In this document: one piece after another, positions 11,990 through 24,750 of the stretch
Layout: each line of letters begins with the position of its first letter
Numbering within the stretch: the first letter of the stretch is position 1
Source: Malacoraja senta
Lineage: Eukaryota
DNA: 64,000 nucleotides
Assembly: GCA_038087875.1 (NCBI GenBank)
Contig: JAXLNO010000479.1
Coordinates: 1 to 64,000, forward strand
Direction of reading: 5' to 3'
Position numbers and translations under genes: made by a program
Notes under the pieces: model-generated
What the model was told of the DNA's origin: nothing
Databases searched by the model: none
The model's input: only the letters and a program-made list of their open reading frames with translations

Positions 11990-12524
11990 AAGACACAGCT
12001 TGACAAACTCAGGGGACATATGCACATTCAACTGGAATTTTAATTTACGATGCACAGACCAAATTTGTAATGACTAATATATTCGCGTTTTTCCTGTTTA
12101 CATCGCTGCCATATATATTCATATCCCGAAAAAGCATATCCAAATCACAGGCACTATTTCGCAATTTGTTTTACTTGAAATAAATATTTCAGAAAATGTT
12201 TCTTTATTTTAACACAAAGTATTTTTCACACCAACTTAAGATGTGTTAGTCCGTTTGTGTGCGCGTGGGAGAGCGGGGGTTTGGGAAGGGAACGAGGAAA
12301 TGTAATTTTACTTCGGAGTCACGTGAGTGACTACCAGAAGAAGACCCGTCAGGGCGCATGCGCGTCATTACGTCTGACGCATTGACGCCCGGACAGCAGG
12401 AAGAGGAGCTCCTGCTGTAGGTGAGTAATTTACAAGCTCCACCAAAGTCGGGGAGACGTTGGAGGAGTTAGTTAGGAGAATAAAGTGCTGCTGTATTTTT
12501 TTGTCCCTAAAAATTTACAGGAGC

Positions 12525-13589
12525 ATGGAAAAATCAACGAGGTGCAGGCGAGCTGCGGACAAGGTGAGAGAGAGCTGCGGGAGTGCAGTCTCTGAACGGC
12601 AGCCTGTTACCTCTGGGGAGTCGCAAACCGGGAACGGAGCGGCTGCAGACTTGGCAGTCCAAAGTACCCAGCAAGATACACAGCCAACGCCAGTCGGGAG
12701 GAAGGCAAAAGCCAAGTCTGTCAGGCCCATTGACTCAGCAGAGTCGGGCCAGGAAGAGTCCCGTCCGGGACAGGATACCGTTACCCAGCGGTTATCCCAA
12801 ATGGAGCAAGTCATACAGGGGTTGCTCCACAAAGGCACACTCCAGGAGGAGTTGTGTGGGCGGCAGGCCATGGGGAAGGCTCCGCCCGCAGTACCTGGTA
12901 GAGGGCTGCTTGAAGGCACCCTCTTTCAAGAGGTGAGTGCAGAAGGGCAGATGAGCTCTGACCCTGACTCCGATGACGAGTTTGAACGGGAAGAAAGGCA
13001 GCTGCCAGAGTTGACACCTTTGGCAGCACGGTTTGCCATGTCATCGGAAGCTGGTGAGCCTCTGGGTGAGGAACTCGCCACCAGCATCAATTACCTTGTC
13101 TCATATCAGCTATAGGAGCTGACCATCGACGAGATTGTCAGGAAACATGAAGCCCCAGTCAACTGTGGCCTGTTGAAAGTTCCTGTTGTAAATAGGCTGA
13201 TTTGGGGCCAGATGTGCATAGCAATGAGAGCCCAGGAGATGAAGTTGCAGCATATGTTAAAGTTGCTGGGGTCTGGCATAACAAGCTTTGCCAGAATGGT
13301 TGATGGTGAGGACACGACAAATTTGCAACAAGAGGTGCTGGGGCTACTGTGCAGTGCCCACTTTGAGATAAATTGCCTGCGCAAAAGTGCGATTAGGTCA
13401 TCTATCAACCCCAAATTTGCATCACTCTGCCAACCTGGCACAGTGCAACCGGCTAATCTACTCTTTGGCGAGGACTTCGCAAAGAAGGTGAAGGAGCTGG
13501 AGGAGGAGGCCAAGACGGTGGGCTTAATTAAGCAGCCAGCAGCCACACGTCCACCAAAACGAAAATATCCCTACAAGCGTGGAGACTAG
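12525..13589 (+). pseudogene. DIRS gag-like ORF1 with a nonsense codon
   Basis: ATG at 12525. In-frame TAG at 13113-13115; the same frame continues HEAPVNCGLLKVPVVNRLIW...NLLFGEDF. Confidence 0.75.
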
Positions 13590-13744
13590 TCCGGGCAAGG
13601 GACGAGTCGAGCTACGATGCAGCGCAGTTGGCGTTCGGCTGTAGCAGCGCCAGGGAAGGTGGGGTATTGAGCTCGAGGCCGGGGAAGGAGTGCAGGTGGT
13701 AAGGAGGATGTGGGTCTGGTTCTCATGTAGACAGATCAAATGTA

Positions 13745-15630
13745 ATGCAATTAAAAGTTGGAGGAAGATTACATCTGTTCTTAGAGGAATGGAAACAAAT
13801 TACCTCAGATATGTTTATACTGAATGTTATTGAAGGGTTTCGAATAGAGTTTAATGCAAATTCTGATTTACCCATGCAACATCTGCCAAAACGGAGTTTT
13901 GAGTTCAGTATCACTGAACAATTGGAAGTTCAGGAGGAACTTGAAAGTTTATGTAATAAAGGTGTAATTGCTAAGGCAGTTTACCAAAGCCAACAGTTTG
14001 TGTCCAATATTTTTCCCAGACCAAAAAAGGATGGCGGATGCAGAATTATCCTGGACCTGACTAGTCTTAACCCTTTTGTACGGAATAGACATTTTAAGAT
14101 GGAATTGTTTGTGACTGCTAAGCAACTTGTTTCCAGAGGATGCTATATGGCAACTATAGATCTTAAAGATGCGTATTACTCAGTGTCTGTTCATTTGCAG
14201 GATAGAAGATATTTAAAATTCAGCTGGATGGGGCAATTATGGCATTACAATGCACTGCCTAATGGTTTGTCTTCAGCTCCTAGAGTGTTTACAAAGTTGT
14301 TAAAACCTATTCTAGGCATGATGAGAAGTCAAGGCCACGTGCTCATGGCTTAACTTGATGATATCTTGATTGTAGGACAATCAAAGGAAACAGCTGAAGC
14401 ATCAGTGGCAGTCGTTAAAACCACTTTTCAAAGATTGGGCTTCATAAACCATCCAGAGAAATCTAAATTAACACCTGTGACACAAATTGACTATTTGGGA
14501 TTCACAATAGACTCAATCAACATGATTGTGACCTTGCCCAGGCAAAAAAAGGTAGAGCTAATTGAGAGCTGTATGAAGTTAATTGCTGACACACAGCCTT
14601 CAATTAGGCAGGTGGCAAGTCTGCTTGGGAAATTAGTGGCAGCATTTCCAGCAGTTCAATATGGGCCACTTCATTATCAACAATTACAAAGGTCAAAGGA
14701 ACAAGCACTGAGGATACATTTGGGTCATTATAATGGGCCTATGCATCTATCAGTAGAGGCTATTGCTGATGTACAATGGTGGATTCAGCATGTGTCCACT
14801 AGTAGTTCCAAAGTGTTATTGGACCAAGCTTCCATGATTTTGCAGACAGATGTCAGTGCACTTGGGGTGCTAATGATGCTAGGTCCAGCTGTGGAGGCAG
14901 ATGGACTGAGCAAGAGTCATTGCTTCTGCAAACATGGGGAATTAACCATTTAGAGCTTTTAGGAGTATTTTATGGACTTAAGGCTTATTGCGCTAACAAA
15001 ACTAGCTTGCATGTTCAGTGTCAAATAGACAACACTACAGCAGTTGCATATATTAATCATATGGGTGGAATCAAATCGTTATCATGTGACAGGTTGGCAA
15101 ATCAAATTTGGACCTGGTGTAAAGATAGAGATATTTGGATTTCAGCTATCTATCTGCCAGGAAAACTCAATATAGTAGCAGATGCCAGGTCACGAAAATT
15201 CCATGATAATACAGAGTGGATGTTGAACCAGGACGTGTTCAAGGACATAGTACTTGCATATGGAATGCCAGATATCGATTTGTTTGCATCCAGGCTTAAC
15301 CACCAGCTGCCAAAAGATGTTTCGTGGGAACCAGATCCAGGGGCAGTGGCAATTGATGCTTTTTCGCTAAATTGGGGTAATATGTTTGTGTACATATTTC
15401 CACCATTCTGCCTCATAGGTCGGTGTCTGCAAAAAATCAAGCAGGATGCCGCTTCAGGGGTGTTGGTGATACCAAATTGGCCAACTCAACCATGGTTCCC
15501 TTTGATGTTACAGATAGCGATCCAACCTCCTTTGCTGATTCCAAAGAGTAGGAATTTACTGGAGCATCCGGTAACGCGTGAAATTCATCCGTTATGTGAT
15601 CGTATTGATCTGTTAATTTGCAGGTTTTAA
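13745..15630 (+). pseudogene. DIRS pol: reverse transcriptase, RNase H and adenine-methyltransferase-like domain
   Basis: RT: VGGRL, RIILDL, IDLKDAYY, LPNGL; the YLDD tyrosine is TAA (14351-14353). Frameshift at ~14863 in RNase H (QTD..INHLEL..DNTTA..AD..SR). MT: IDLFASRLN and YIFPPF. Confidence 0.92.
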
Positions 15631-16607
15631 GAAGGCCTTACCTGAGTCGAGGACTTTCTCGGCGAACGGTGGATATGCTCACTGCAGCCTGGAGAGAGAG
15701 TACTCAAAAGCAGTATATTGCTTATGTAAAAAAATGGGAACAATATTGTGTTGAAAAGAATATTCAATATAATACTGTAGTTATTGAAAATGTGTTAGAG
15801 TTTTTATGCACACTCTATTATGATGAAGGTCTCAGTTATAGTGCTATCAATACAGCTAGAAGTGCTTTGTCCTCATATCTTGTAATAGGTACATGGACAG
15901 AAGGTATAGGCTCACAGCCTCTCATATCTCGGTTGATGAAAGGAATCTTTAATTCCAAACCACCAAAACCTAGGTATATGGTTATCTGGGATGTAAGTGT
16001 TGTTCTTAACATGCTTCGTCATTGGGTCCCTGTCACGTCTATGACTTTGTCAAAATTAACCATAAAATTGGCTATGCTAATGGCATTGGTTTCAGCAGAG
16101 ACAGTGCAGACTTTGCAACAACTTCACTTAGATAGAATGGAAGACACTGCAAAGAATGTTATGTTTTATATTTATGACCTGCTCAAACAAAGTAGGCCAG
16201 GTGTGACAGGATTTAAGATTGTGTTCTCAGCATATCCTACAGATCCAAGTTTATGTGTAAGGACACATTTGTTACATTACATTGAAGCCACAAGGTCTTT
16301 AAGACATGAAGAAGCAGGATTACTTATCAGCTACAAGAAGCCACATAAAAGAGTGGTAGTTCAGACTATCTCAAGGTGGTGAAAGCAAGTGTTGGTTCAG
16401 GCAGGAATTAACACTGATGTGTTTACATCTCATTCCACTAGGGCAGCAGCAACATCGGCGGCCAGGGCGATGGACGTTCCCATCGACCATATACTAAAAG
16501 CCGCAGGGTGGTCAAATGAACTTGTGTTTCAGCAATACTACCATCGGCCAATTGCCGATGGAGGGCTGTTTGCCAACTCGATTTTAAGTTCTGTTAATAC
16601 TGTTTAA
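15618..16607 (+). pseudogene. DIRS tyrosine recombinase
   Basis: SAM-like N-terminus (YSAINTARSALS), HSTR at 16431-16442, AAGW...FQQYY. In-frame TGA at 16380-16382. Confidence 0.92.
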
Positions 16608-16815
16608 TTCTGTTTCAATTCTGTTTAATTCTGTTTTCATTTTGCCCCTAAGTTAGAGGGCTTATTGTTTGTTTTATGACTAAAATAAAACTGTTATTGC
16701 ATGATATTCAGTGTCATGTTTACAGCATTATTGATTATACTCAGAGTCAATCAATGCAGTGAGAAGCCGGGATTTTGATCTGCGGCATAAAATCACAGAG
16801 CTTTGAAATCTTCAC

Positions 16816-16920
16816 GTAGTCACTCACGTGACTCCGAAGTAAAATAGTAAGATTAAACGAGAACTTACCAGTTTGAAGTTTGATCTTTATTTTATGAGGA
16901 GTTACGTTGGTGATTACGTG
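16816..16920 (+). repeat. DIRS internal complementary region (ICR)
   Basis: 16816-16845 is the revcomp of 12305-12334. 16846-16920 is the revcomp of 17071-17145 (75 nt, 1 mismatch seen). Confidence 0.95.
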
Positions 16921-17364
16921 CCCGCCACGCCCAACCCTCTCTCATAAAAAAGGTCATAATCGTAGTTCTCATGTTCCTCATCTTAATAGTTTACTTCAAT
17001 TATTGTGTTGTCTGTGATTTCATACCGCTGCTTTGAAGATTGACGCGTATGCGCCCTGACGGGTCTTCTTCACGTAATCACCAACGTAACTCCTCATAAA
17101 ATAAAGATCAAACGTCAAACTGGTAAGTTCTCGTTTAATCTTACTAGTAATGGTGTATGGCGAGATGTCACCTTAATATGCCCGCAGTACGTTCAAATTG
17201 TAAGGGAACTCCTGACATATTTGGAAAGCCTGGCAAAACCTGTCGATACTGTAAAGGTATAGAGAATGAAAAGGGAGATGGATATTTACATAGCCTGGCT
17301 CGTTCCAATATGAGTATGCGACATTCAGTAGTTTGCGCAGAGTGGGTGAGCTGAGTAATGGGCG

Positions 17365-17625
17365 GAAGAGAGTTGCTGCCTCACCGAGCTCTTGACCCAA
17401 GTTTGACATTCACCTCAGATGATATCTGTCTGGAATTTGCACATCCTCAATGTGACTGCAGTTTCCACTGGATGCTCCGACTTCTTCCCACATCACAAAG
17501 ACTTTCAAGTTGGTAGGTTAATTGGCATCTGTAAGTTGCCTCTTGTTTGTGGCATCTGAATGGACAAAGTGGGACAACACAGACTAAGTTTGCCTGGGTG
17601 ATCGGTGGTTGGTGTGGAGGCGGTG
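17365..17625 (+). mobile_element. Old V-SINE (HE1-like)
   Basis: Degenerate V-domain: TGGAATTTGCACATCCTC...TTCCCACATCACAAAGAC...GGTTAATTGG. Confidence 0.7.
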
Positions 17626-18219
17626 GGAGACGTCATACGGTGAAAAATATTATGCAAATGATCGTCATCAGATCAAATGTGACAGAGCGTAATTAATTGG
17701 GGGCATATATAGAAAGCTGTGAAGTACGTTCAAGATTACTGTGGAAATCGGGGTGCAACAATCCTCTTACCCGAGAGAGACGGGGGATGAAAAAGCGGAA
17801 GATCAATTGTCGTGTACGTTGAAAATCATGAGGGAAGGTGGTGCTATATATGGATTCGTTTAACACGGGCTAACAACTAATCCAATACGTTCACACATAT
17901 GAAGACACAAGAAACTGCAGATATTGTGGACACAAGTTGCTGGTGTAATTTACAGCGTCGTAAAGTACCTTTGGAGAACATGGTTCGTTAACTCTTCTGG
18001 TCAGGGAATTCTTCACACTGATTGTGCTTGTTCCTGTGTAGAAAGATGGAAGAGAGTTGTGATTGGGACAAAGTCTGGCATGGTAGGTGGATAGGTGAAG
18101 GGGGTTTCGGCGGATGGTTTCACGTGGAAAGAGGGAAGGGAGACACGAGTGCGAAAGCAGTTGGGGAGAATTGCAGGGGGGGTAGAGGGTGGGGGTCGAA
18201 GGGGGGAGTAGTAGTTTCG

Positions 18220-18915
18220 GTTAGTTACCAAATATTGAAGGGTTCTGTGCTCATACCGTTAATTTGTAAAATATTCAAGCGGAATATGAGATGGTGTTCC
18301 AACACTTACGTGTGGCATTACTCTAACAATGAAGGAGGCCAAAAACACGAATGCATGTGGGAATGGGTAATCGAGTTTTAATGTTTAATAACCGGAATAT
18401 GGTGTACCACCTCCCCGACCGAGAGCAAGTATTCGGTGAGATGGTCGCCTCATCAACGCATGGTCTTGCCGAAGTAAAGAGTCCACATCGGGCGCACCAA
18501 AACCATCAGATGACGTCAGTGGACGTGCATGCGAACCTCTCTCTCTCACGTAGAAGGACTACTTGTGGCATTGGACGGATGTAATGCATGAGGTATAATG
18601 ACAGGTGTTACATCTCCTGTGCTGCAGAGGATGGTACCTGGGGAGAGGGTGGTTAGGCTGCAGCCGGATAAGGGAGAGCGGTCTTTATGGAAGCCGAGAG
18701 GTAGTGGGGATGGGAAGATGTGTGAGGTAGATATGGAGAATAATGTGTTGGATAAGGAGGCAGGTGGCTGAAATTTAAGGACCTGGGGAACAATTTTGTA
18801 GTTCCGTGCGGAGGCAAGGGGAAAGAGAGCAGAACTGCAAGACGCAGAGGAGATGTGGGTGAGGATGCACCCATCATAGCAGCGGGGAAACTACGTTTAC
18901 TCAATAAAGAGGACG
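18220..18915 (-). mobile_element. Penelope-like element GIY-YIG remnant
   Basis: Minus strand reads RFACTSTDVI*..CARCGLFYFGKT (GIY-YIG-like) and EHHLIFRL. Confidence 0.75.
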
Positions 18916-19217
18916 TCAATCATAAGCACAACTTTTCCTTTCTCCTTGCTGCAAACATTATGTTACAGATTTCAGAACGTATGCTAACATTTTTTACAAT
19001 GATCCTTCCCTTGGAAATATATTCAATTTTGAACAATCATTTCGGTTTTTACTACCTTCATGCGAAATAACAATTATCGTCTGCAAGAAACGCATGTGGC
19101 ATTTCTCTTAAAATACCTTCTTGCATTGCCCCAGAGTAATAATCATATTTTTGCATAATAATACATGAAGCGAATGGTGTGTGTTATTGAAATAGAGATT
19201 ACTTTTTTTAATTTGTA

Positions 19218-19540
19218 CAGTTTACTTTTAGAGAAACAGCGCGGAAACAGGCCCTTCGGCCCGCCGGGTCCGTGCCAACTAGCGAACCCCGCACATGAAC
19301 ACGATCCTACACCGACAAGGGACAATTTAAAAAAAACATTTCCCAAGCCAATTAGCCTACAAACCTGTACGTCTTTGGAGTGTGGGAGGAAAGCCGAATA
19401 AATCGGAGAAAACCCACGCAGGTCACGGAGAGAACGTAGAAACTCCGTACAAACAGCGCCCTTAGTCGGGGTCGAAATCGGGTCCCCGGCGCTGCATTCG
19501 CTGTAAGGCAGCAACTCTGTCGCAGACCAACCGTGACCGT
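19218..19540 (-). mobile_element. V-SINE (HE1-like)
   Basis: tRNA-like head, V-domain (revcomp CTCCCACACTCCAAAGACGTACAGG) and a GGGCCGAAGGGCCTGTTTCC 3' end. Confidence 0.8.
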
Positions 19541-19929
19541 CCGAACCTTTCATCCAACCTTTCAATCAAGGTTTATTCATGTCGATATTTGCAAACTTTT
19601 GTCAGATAAAATAACTACCGCCATAACCACATGAAACGGACCTTTGCAGTTATTGTAATGAAAAGATATATCATTGTACATTAGAGCGAACACTAACTTC
19701 TTAATGAATAAGATGTTCACGGATAATAAAACAGAGGATAGCATATACGACAATGCGTCATTTGAATTCACTTTACTTTCTATTGTTCTGTTTGTTCCCT
19801 GTAATATTCCGACAACCAGTCACCTGACGGTCAACGGTAGAATCATCAGAGGCAGTAACTTAAAACTCGCAGTGAAAGAAAATATAGCCCGCAACAATAG
19901 ACACTGGGCACACGCCATCTTCCGCCCAC

Positions 19930-20350
19930 GTCACCCCTCACCCCCGTCACGGATCCTCGCCTCTCCCCCGCCGCGGAGCCTCGCCTCTCCACCCCCTCCC
20001 GCCGCGGACACTCGCCTCTCTCCCCGCCCCCCGCCGCTCGCCGCCGCGGACATTCGCCTCCCCCCCTCCCGCCGCGGACACTCGCCTCTCTCCCCGCCCC
20101 CCGCCGCGGACCCTCGCCTCTCTCCCCGCCCCCCGCCGCGGACACTCGCCTCTCCCGCGCCGCGGTCCCTCGTTTCTCCCACCCTCCCGCCGCGGACCCT
20201 CGCCTCTCTCCCCCTCCCGCCGCGGACCCTCGCCTCTCCCCCTCACGCGGACCCTCGCCTCTCCTTCCGCCCCCGCCGCAGAGCCTCGCCTCTCCCCCCC
20301 CCCCCCGCTGCGGACCCTCGCCTCTCCCCCCCCTCCGCCGCCGCGGGGCT
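19930..20350. repeat. GC-rich minisatellite (~22-30 bp unit, core CCGCGGAC[AC]CTCGCCTCTC)
   Basis: More than a dozen imperfect tandem copies. Confidence 0.9.
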
Positions 20351-20399
20351 TCCAACGTTGCGTGGGAGGGAGAAAGGAGAAAGCAAATATGCGTCAAGC

Positions 20400-21880
20400 C
20401 GATAGCCTAATCGTTAAAGAGTTAAAATATAGCCTAATCGATAAAGAGCTGAGTAGAGGAATCAGAGCTGCCAAGAAAAGGTACTCTGAGAAGTTGAGGT
20501 GCAAGTTCTCAGCCAGTGACTCTTCTTCATTTTGGAAGGGCATGCAAGAAATCACCAGCTATTAGAGGAAAGCCTCCCGCTCTTTGGATAATCGTCAGAT
20601 GACCAACGAACTGAATGAATTTTACTGCAGGTTTGAAAATCAGAAACGTAACCCTGGTACCCCCTCCCCAACAAACACAGCCAGACCCCAGTCTGCAAAG
20701 AATGGACCCTGCACCCTCTCCTTCCCATTCACCACTTCACACCTACATAAGGCAAGACTCCAGTATGAAAAGACTGGAACCTTTCCCACCCCAACCAACA
20801 TTTCACACCCACTCACAGCCTGACCTCAGTCTGCAAAGACTGGATCCTTCTACACCCACCCCACTCCAATCACGACTTCACACCCAATTACCCACTCCCT
20901 GCTTGCTGAACAACATCACTTCATCAACAATAAAAAATAGAGGTGGAGTGGCTTTTCAGAAGACAGAAAAGCCTGAAATCTCACAGACATTTTTTAGCAG
21001 TCCCTGCAAACATGTAATGTCCCTGCCTGTTTCAAAGTCCCCACTGTTGTCCCTGTACACAAAAAGGCAAGGATTACTTGTCTTAATGACTACAGGCCTG
21101 TCGCACTGACCTCTGTAGTCATGAAGACACTCGAAAGGCTTGTGCTGGCCAAGCTGAAAATTATCACAATCCCCCTGCAGTTCGCATATTGGCCCAATAG
21201 ATCTGTGGATGACGCATCAATCTGGGCCTGCACTTCATCCTCCAGCACCTAGAACGCCAGGGGACCTTTGCGAGGATTGTATTTGTTAATATAAGCTCTG
21301 CATTGTGCCAGACCTACTACACTCCAAACGTTCCGAGTTGACTATGCCTGAACCCCTCTGTCGGTGGATCACCAACTTTCTGACAGACAGGAAGCAGCGT
21401 GTGAGGCTGGGAAAGCACATATCGGACCCGCAAACGCTCAGCATAGGAGCACCGCAAGGCTGCGTACTCCCCCCTCTCCTCTACTCTCTCTACACCAATG
21501 ACTGCATCTCCACAGACACCTCTGTCAAGCTTATCAAGTTTGCGGACGACACAACCCTGATTGGACTGATCCAGGATGGGGAGGCATCTGCCTACAGACA
21601 GGAAGTGTCACAGCTGGCGTCCCAGTGCCGTAGCAACAACCTGGAGCTCAATGCTCTTAAGACAGTGGAATTGATTGCAGACTTTAGGAGAGCTTCCCCT
21701 CCCCTCGCCCCGCTCACCCTCAACAACACCACAGTAACATCTGTGGAGTCTTTTAAGTTCCTGGGAACCATCATCTCCAGTGACTTTAAGTGGGGGGGCT
21801 ACCTTTGACTCCACAGTCAAAAAGGCACAACAGAGGATGTTCCTCCTACGGCAGCTGAGGAAGCACAATCTGCCACAATG
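20400..21880 (+). mobile_element. Rex/Babar LINE, degenerate ORF2
   Basis: LNEFYCRFE, GAPQGCVLPPLLYSLYTNDC, KFADDTTLIGLI, FKFLGTII, with multiple frameshifts. A matching 3' part lies at ~23130-23459. Confidence 0.85.
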
Positions 21881-21911
21881 GGTCAGGCAGCATCTCTGGA
21901 GAACATGGATA

Positions 21912-24750
21912 GTCATAGAGTGACACAGTGTGGAAACAGGCCCTTTGGCCCAACTTGCCCACACCGGCTAACAATGTCCCAACTACACTAATTCCACTTG
22001 CCTGCGTTTGGTCATATCCCTCCAAACCTGTCCTATCCATGTACCTGCCTAACTGTTGCTTAAACTATGGGATAGTCCCAACCTCAACTACCTCCTCTGG
22101 CAGTTCGTTCCACACACCCACCACCCTTTGTGTGAAAAAGTTACCCTTCGGATTCCTATTAAACCTTTACCCCTTCACCTTGAACCTATGTTCTCTGGTC
22201 CTCGATTCCCCTACTCTGGGCAAAAGACTGTGCATCAACACGAACTATTCCTCTAATGATTTTGTACACCTGTATAAGAGTTCCCCTCATCCTCCTGCGC
22301 TCCATGGAATAGAGTCCCAACTTACTCAAACTCTCCCGATATCTCACACCCTCTAGTCCTGGCAACATCCTCATAAATCTTTCCTGTAGTCCTTCCAGTT
22401 TGACATCTTCCCTATAACATGGTGCCTAGAACTGAACACAATATTCTAAATGCGGTCTCACGAACGTCTTATACAACTGCAACATGACCTCCCAACCTCT
22501 TTACTCAATACTCTGGCTGATGAAGGCCAAAGTGCCAAAATACTTTTTGACCACCTGATATACATGCGACTCGACCTTCAAGGAACCATGCAACCATCAA
22601 CCATTCCTCTGCCCACCTGGCTAATTGATCCAGATCCTGCTGCAATCTTTCACAACCACATCCACTATCTGCAAAACCACTCACTTCTGTATCATCAGCA
22701 AGCTTATTAATCTTGCCCTGTTCTGTGATGTTTCGCAGAGTGCTGGAGTAACTCAGCGGGTCAGGCTGAGTATAGAAGTTGGAGGTCATGTTGCATTTAA
22801 TAAGAAGTTGGTGAGGCCGCATTCAGAGTATTGTGTTCAGTTCTGGGCACCATGTTATAGGAATTATATCATCAAACTGGAAAGGGTACAGTGAAGATTT
22901 ACGAGGATGTTGCAAGGACTAGAGGGCCAGAGCTATAGGGAGAGGATGAGTAGGCTGGGACTCTATTTCATGGAGCACAGGAGGATGAGGGATGATCTAA
23001 TAGAGGTGTATAAAATCATGATTTGAATAGATCAGGTTGACTCCATACATCTATTTAATGGAGCACAGGAGGATGAGGGATGATCTAATAGAGGTGTATA
23101 AAATCATTATTTAAATAGATCAGGTCCGGGCCATACACTCACCTCCCCACTACCTTCAGGTAGAAGGTACAGGAGCCTGAAAACTGCAACGACCAGGTTC
23201 AGGAACAGCTACTTCCCCACAGCCATCAGGCTATTAAACTCGGCTCGGACAAAACTCTGAACATTAATAGCCAATAATCTGTTTATTTGCACTTTATCAG
23301 TTTAATTATTCATGTGTGTATATATTTATGCAATTGTATATGGACACACTGATCTGTCCAGTACTCGTGCCTACTATGTTCTGGTGTGCTAAAGCAAAGC
23401 AAGCATTTCATTGTCCTATCAGGGACACATGACAATAAAACTCTCTTGAACTCTCTTGAGTCTTTTGCCCAGAGTAGGTGAATCGAGGAGCAGAGGATAT
23501 AAGTTTAAGATGAAGGGGAAAAGATTTAATAGGAATCTGAGGGGTATATTTTTCACACAAAGGGTGGTAGGTGTATGGAACAAGCTGCCAGATGAGGTAA
23601 TTGAGGCAGGGACAACCGCAACATTTAAGAAACAGTTAGGCAGGTGCATGGATAGGACAGGTTTGGAGGGATATGGATCAAACGTGGGCAGGTGGGACTA
23701 GTGTAGATGGGACATGCTGGGCCGAAGGGCCTGCTTCCACACTGTATCACTCTATGACTATATATCTTTCCCTCTCAGACCCATTCTCCTGCCCTCCCCA
23801 TTACCTCTGACACCCGTATCAATCACGAATCTATCAATCTCCTTCTGAAAAATGTCCACTTGCCTCCACAGCTGTCTGTGGCAATGAATTCCACAGTTCA
23901 CCACCCTCTGCTCATATCCTTCCTAAAGGGACGTCTTTTAATTCTGAGGCTGTGGCCACTGGTCCTAGATTCTCCCACTCGTGAAAAAAATCCTCTCGAC
24001 ATCCACTCCATCCAGGCTTTTACCAGGCTGGGACATACTGCAACAGCTTCACACCATGTCCCAAAGCTCGTGTCCTGTCCTGCATCACCCAAGGCAGCAG
24101 AGACGTTGTAGGAAAGGGCAAGCACCGTCACAAAGTAGTTCACGATGGTTTGGGTGACATGCAGGAATGTCTATGCATGTCGCATCATGCATATTACTGA
24201 AAAAGGGGCTTGACTCGAAATATAATCTATACATTTTCTCCAGAGATGCTGCCTGACCCACTGAGTTACTCCAGCACTCCGTTAAACGTCACCTATCCAT
24301 GTTCTCCACAGATGCTGCCTGACCCACTGAGTTACTCCAGCACTTTGTGTCTATTTTCCGTTCATCCATCTGCCCAAGCCCACCCTCCCGCTCCTTTCCT
24401 ATGTTCCTTTCCATCCATAAACCTCTCTCTGCCTTTACATTTCACTCCTCTTTCAAATCTGCTCTACTTATCTACATGCATTTTTCTTCTTAACTTATTA
24501 GTCATAGAGTGGTGCAGTGTGGAAACAGGCCCTTCAGCCTAACTTGCCCACACCGACCAACATGTCCCATCTACACTAGACCCACTCACACGCGATTGGC
24601 CCATATCCATCTAAACCTGTCCTATCCATGTACGTGTCAAAATGTCTCTTAAATATTAGGATAGTCCCAGTCTTAACTACCTCCTCTGGCAGCTCGTTCC
24701 ATACACCCACCACCCTTTGTGTGAAAAAGCTACCTCTCAGATTCCTGTAA
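21912..24750. mobile_element. Cluster of CR1-type LINE 3' fragments in both orientations, plus a Rex 3' end
   Basis: FFTQRVVGVWN.LP and GLYSMERRRMRG motifs at ~21912-22700 (-), ~22765-23125 (+), ~23460-23760 (+), ~23765-24020 (-) and ~24500-24750 (-). Confidence 0.75.

Larger units (their letters stand above)
12305..17145 (+). mobile_element. Full-length DIRS1-type tyrosine-recombinase retrotransposon (inactivated)
   Basis: ORF order gag, RT/RH/MT, YR. ITRs 12337-12367 and 17041-17071. ICR at 16816-16920 is complementary to both termini. Confidence 0.95.

Noticed and set aside
14920..16607. Methyltransferase plus integrase read as a bacterial or phage system
   Set aside because: Both are standard DIRS1 domains enclosed by the element's ITR/ICR termini.
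19674..20405. 243-aa Pro/Arg-rich ORF and antisense Gly/Arg-rich ORFs
   Set aside because: Minisatellite translation.
20414..20425. AAAGAG-TTAA as a piggyBac end
   Set aside because: No matching left end was found nearby, and it is part of a short local duplication.
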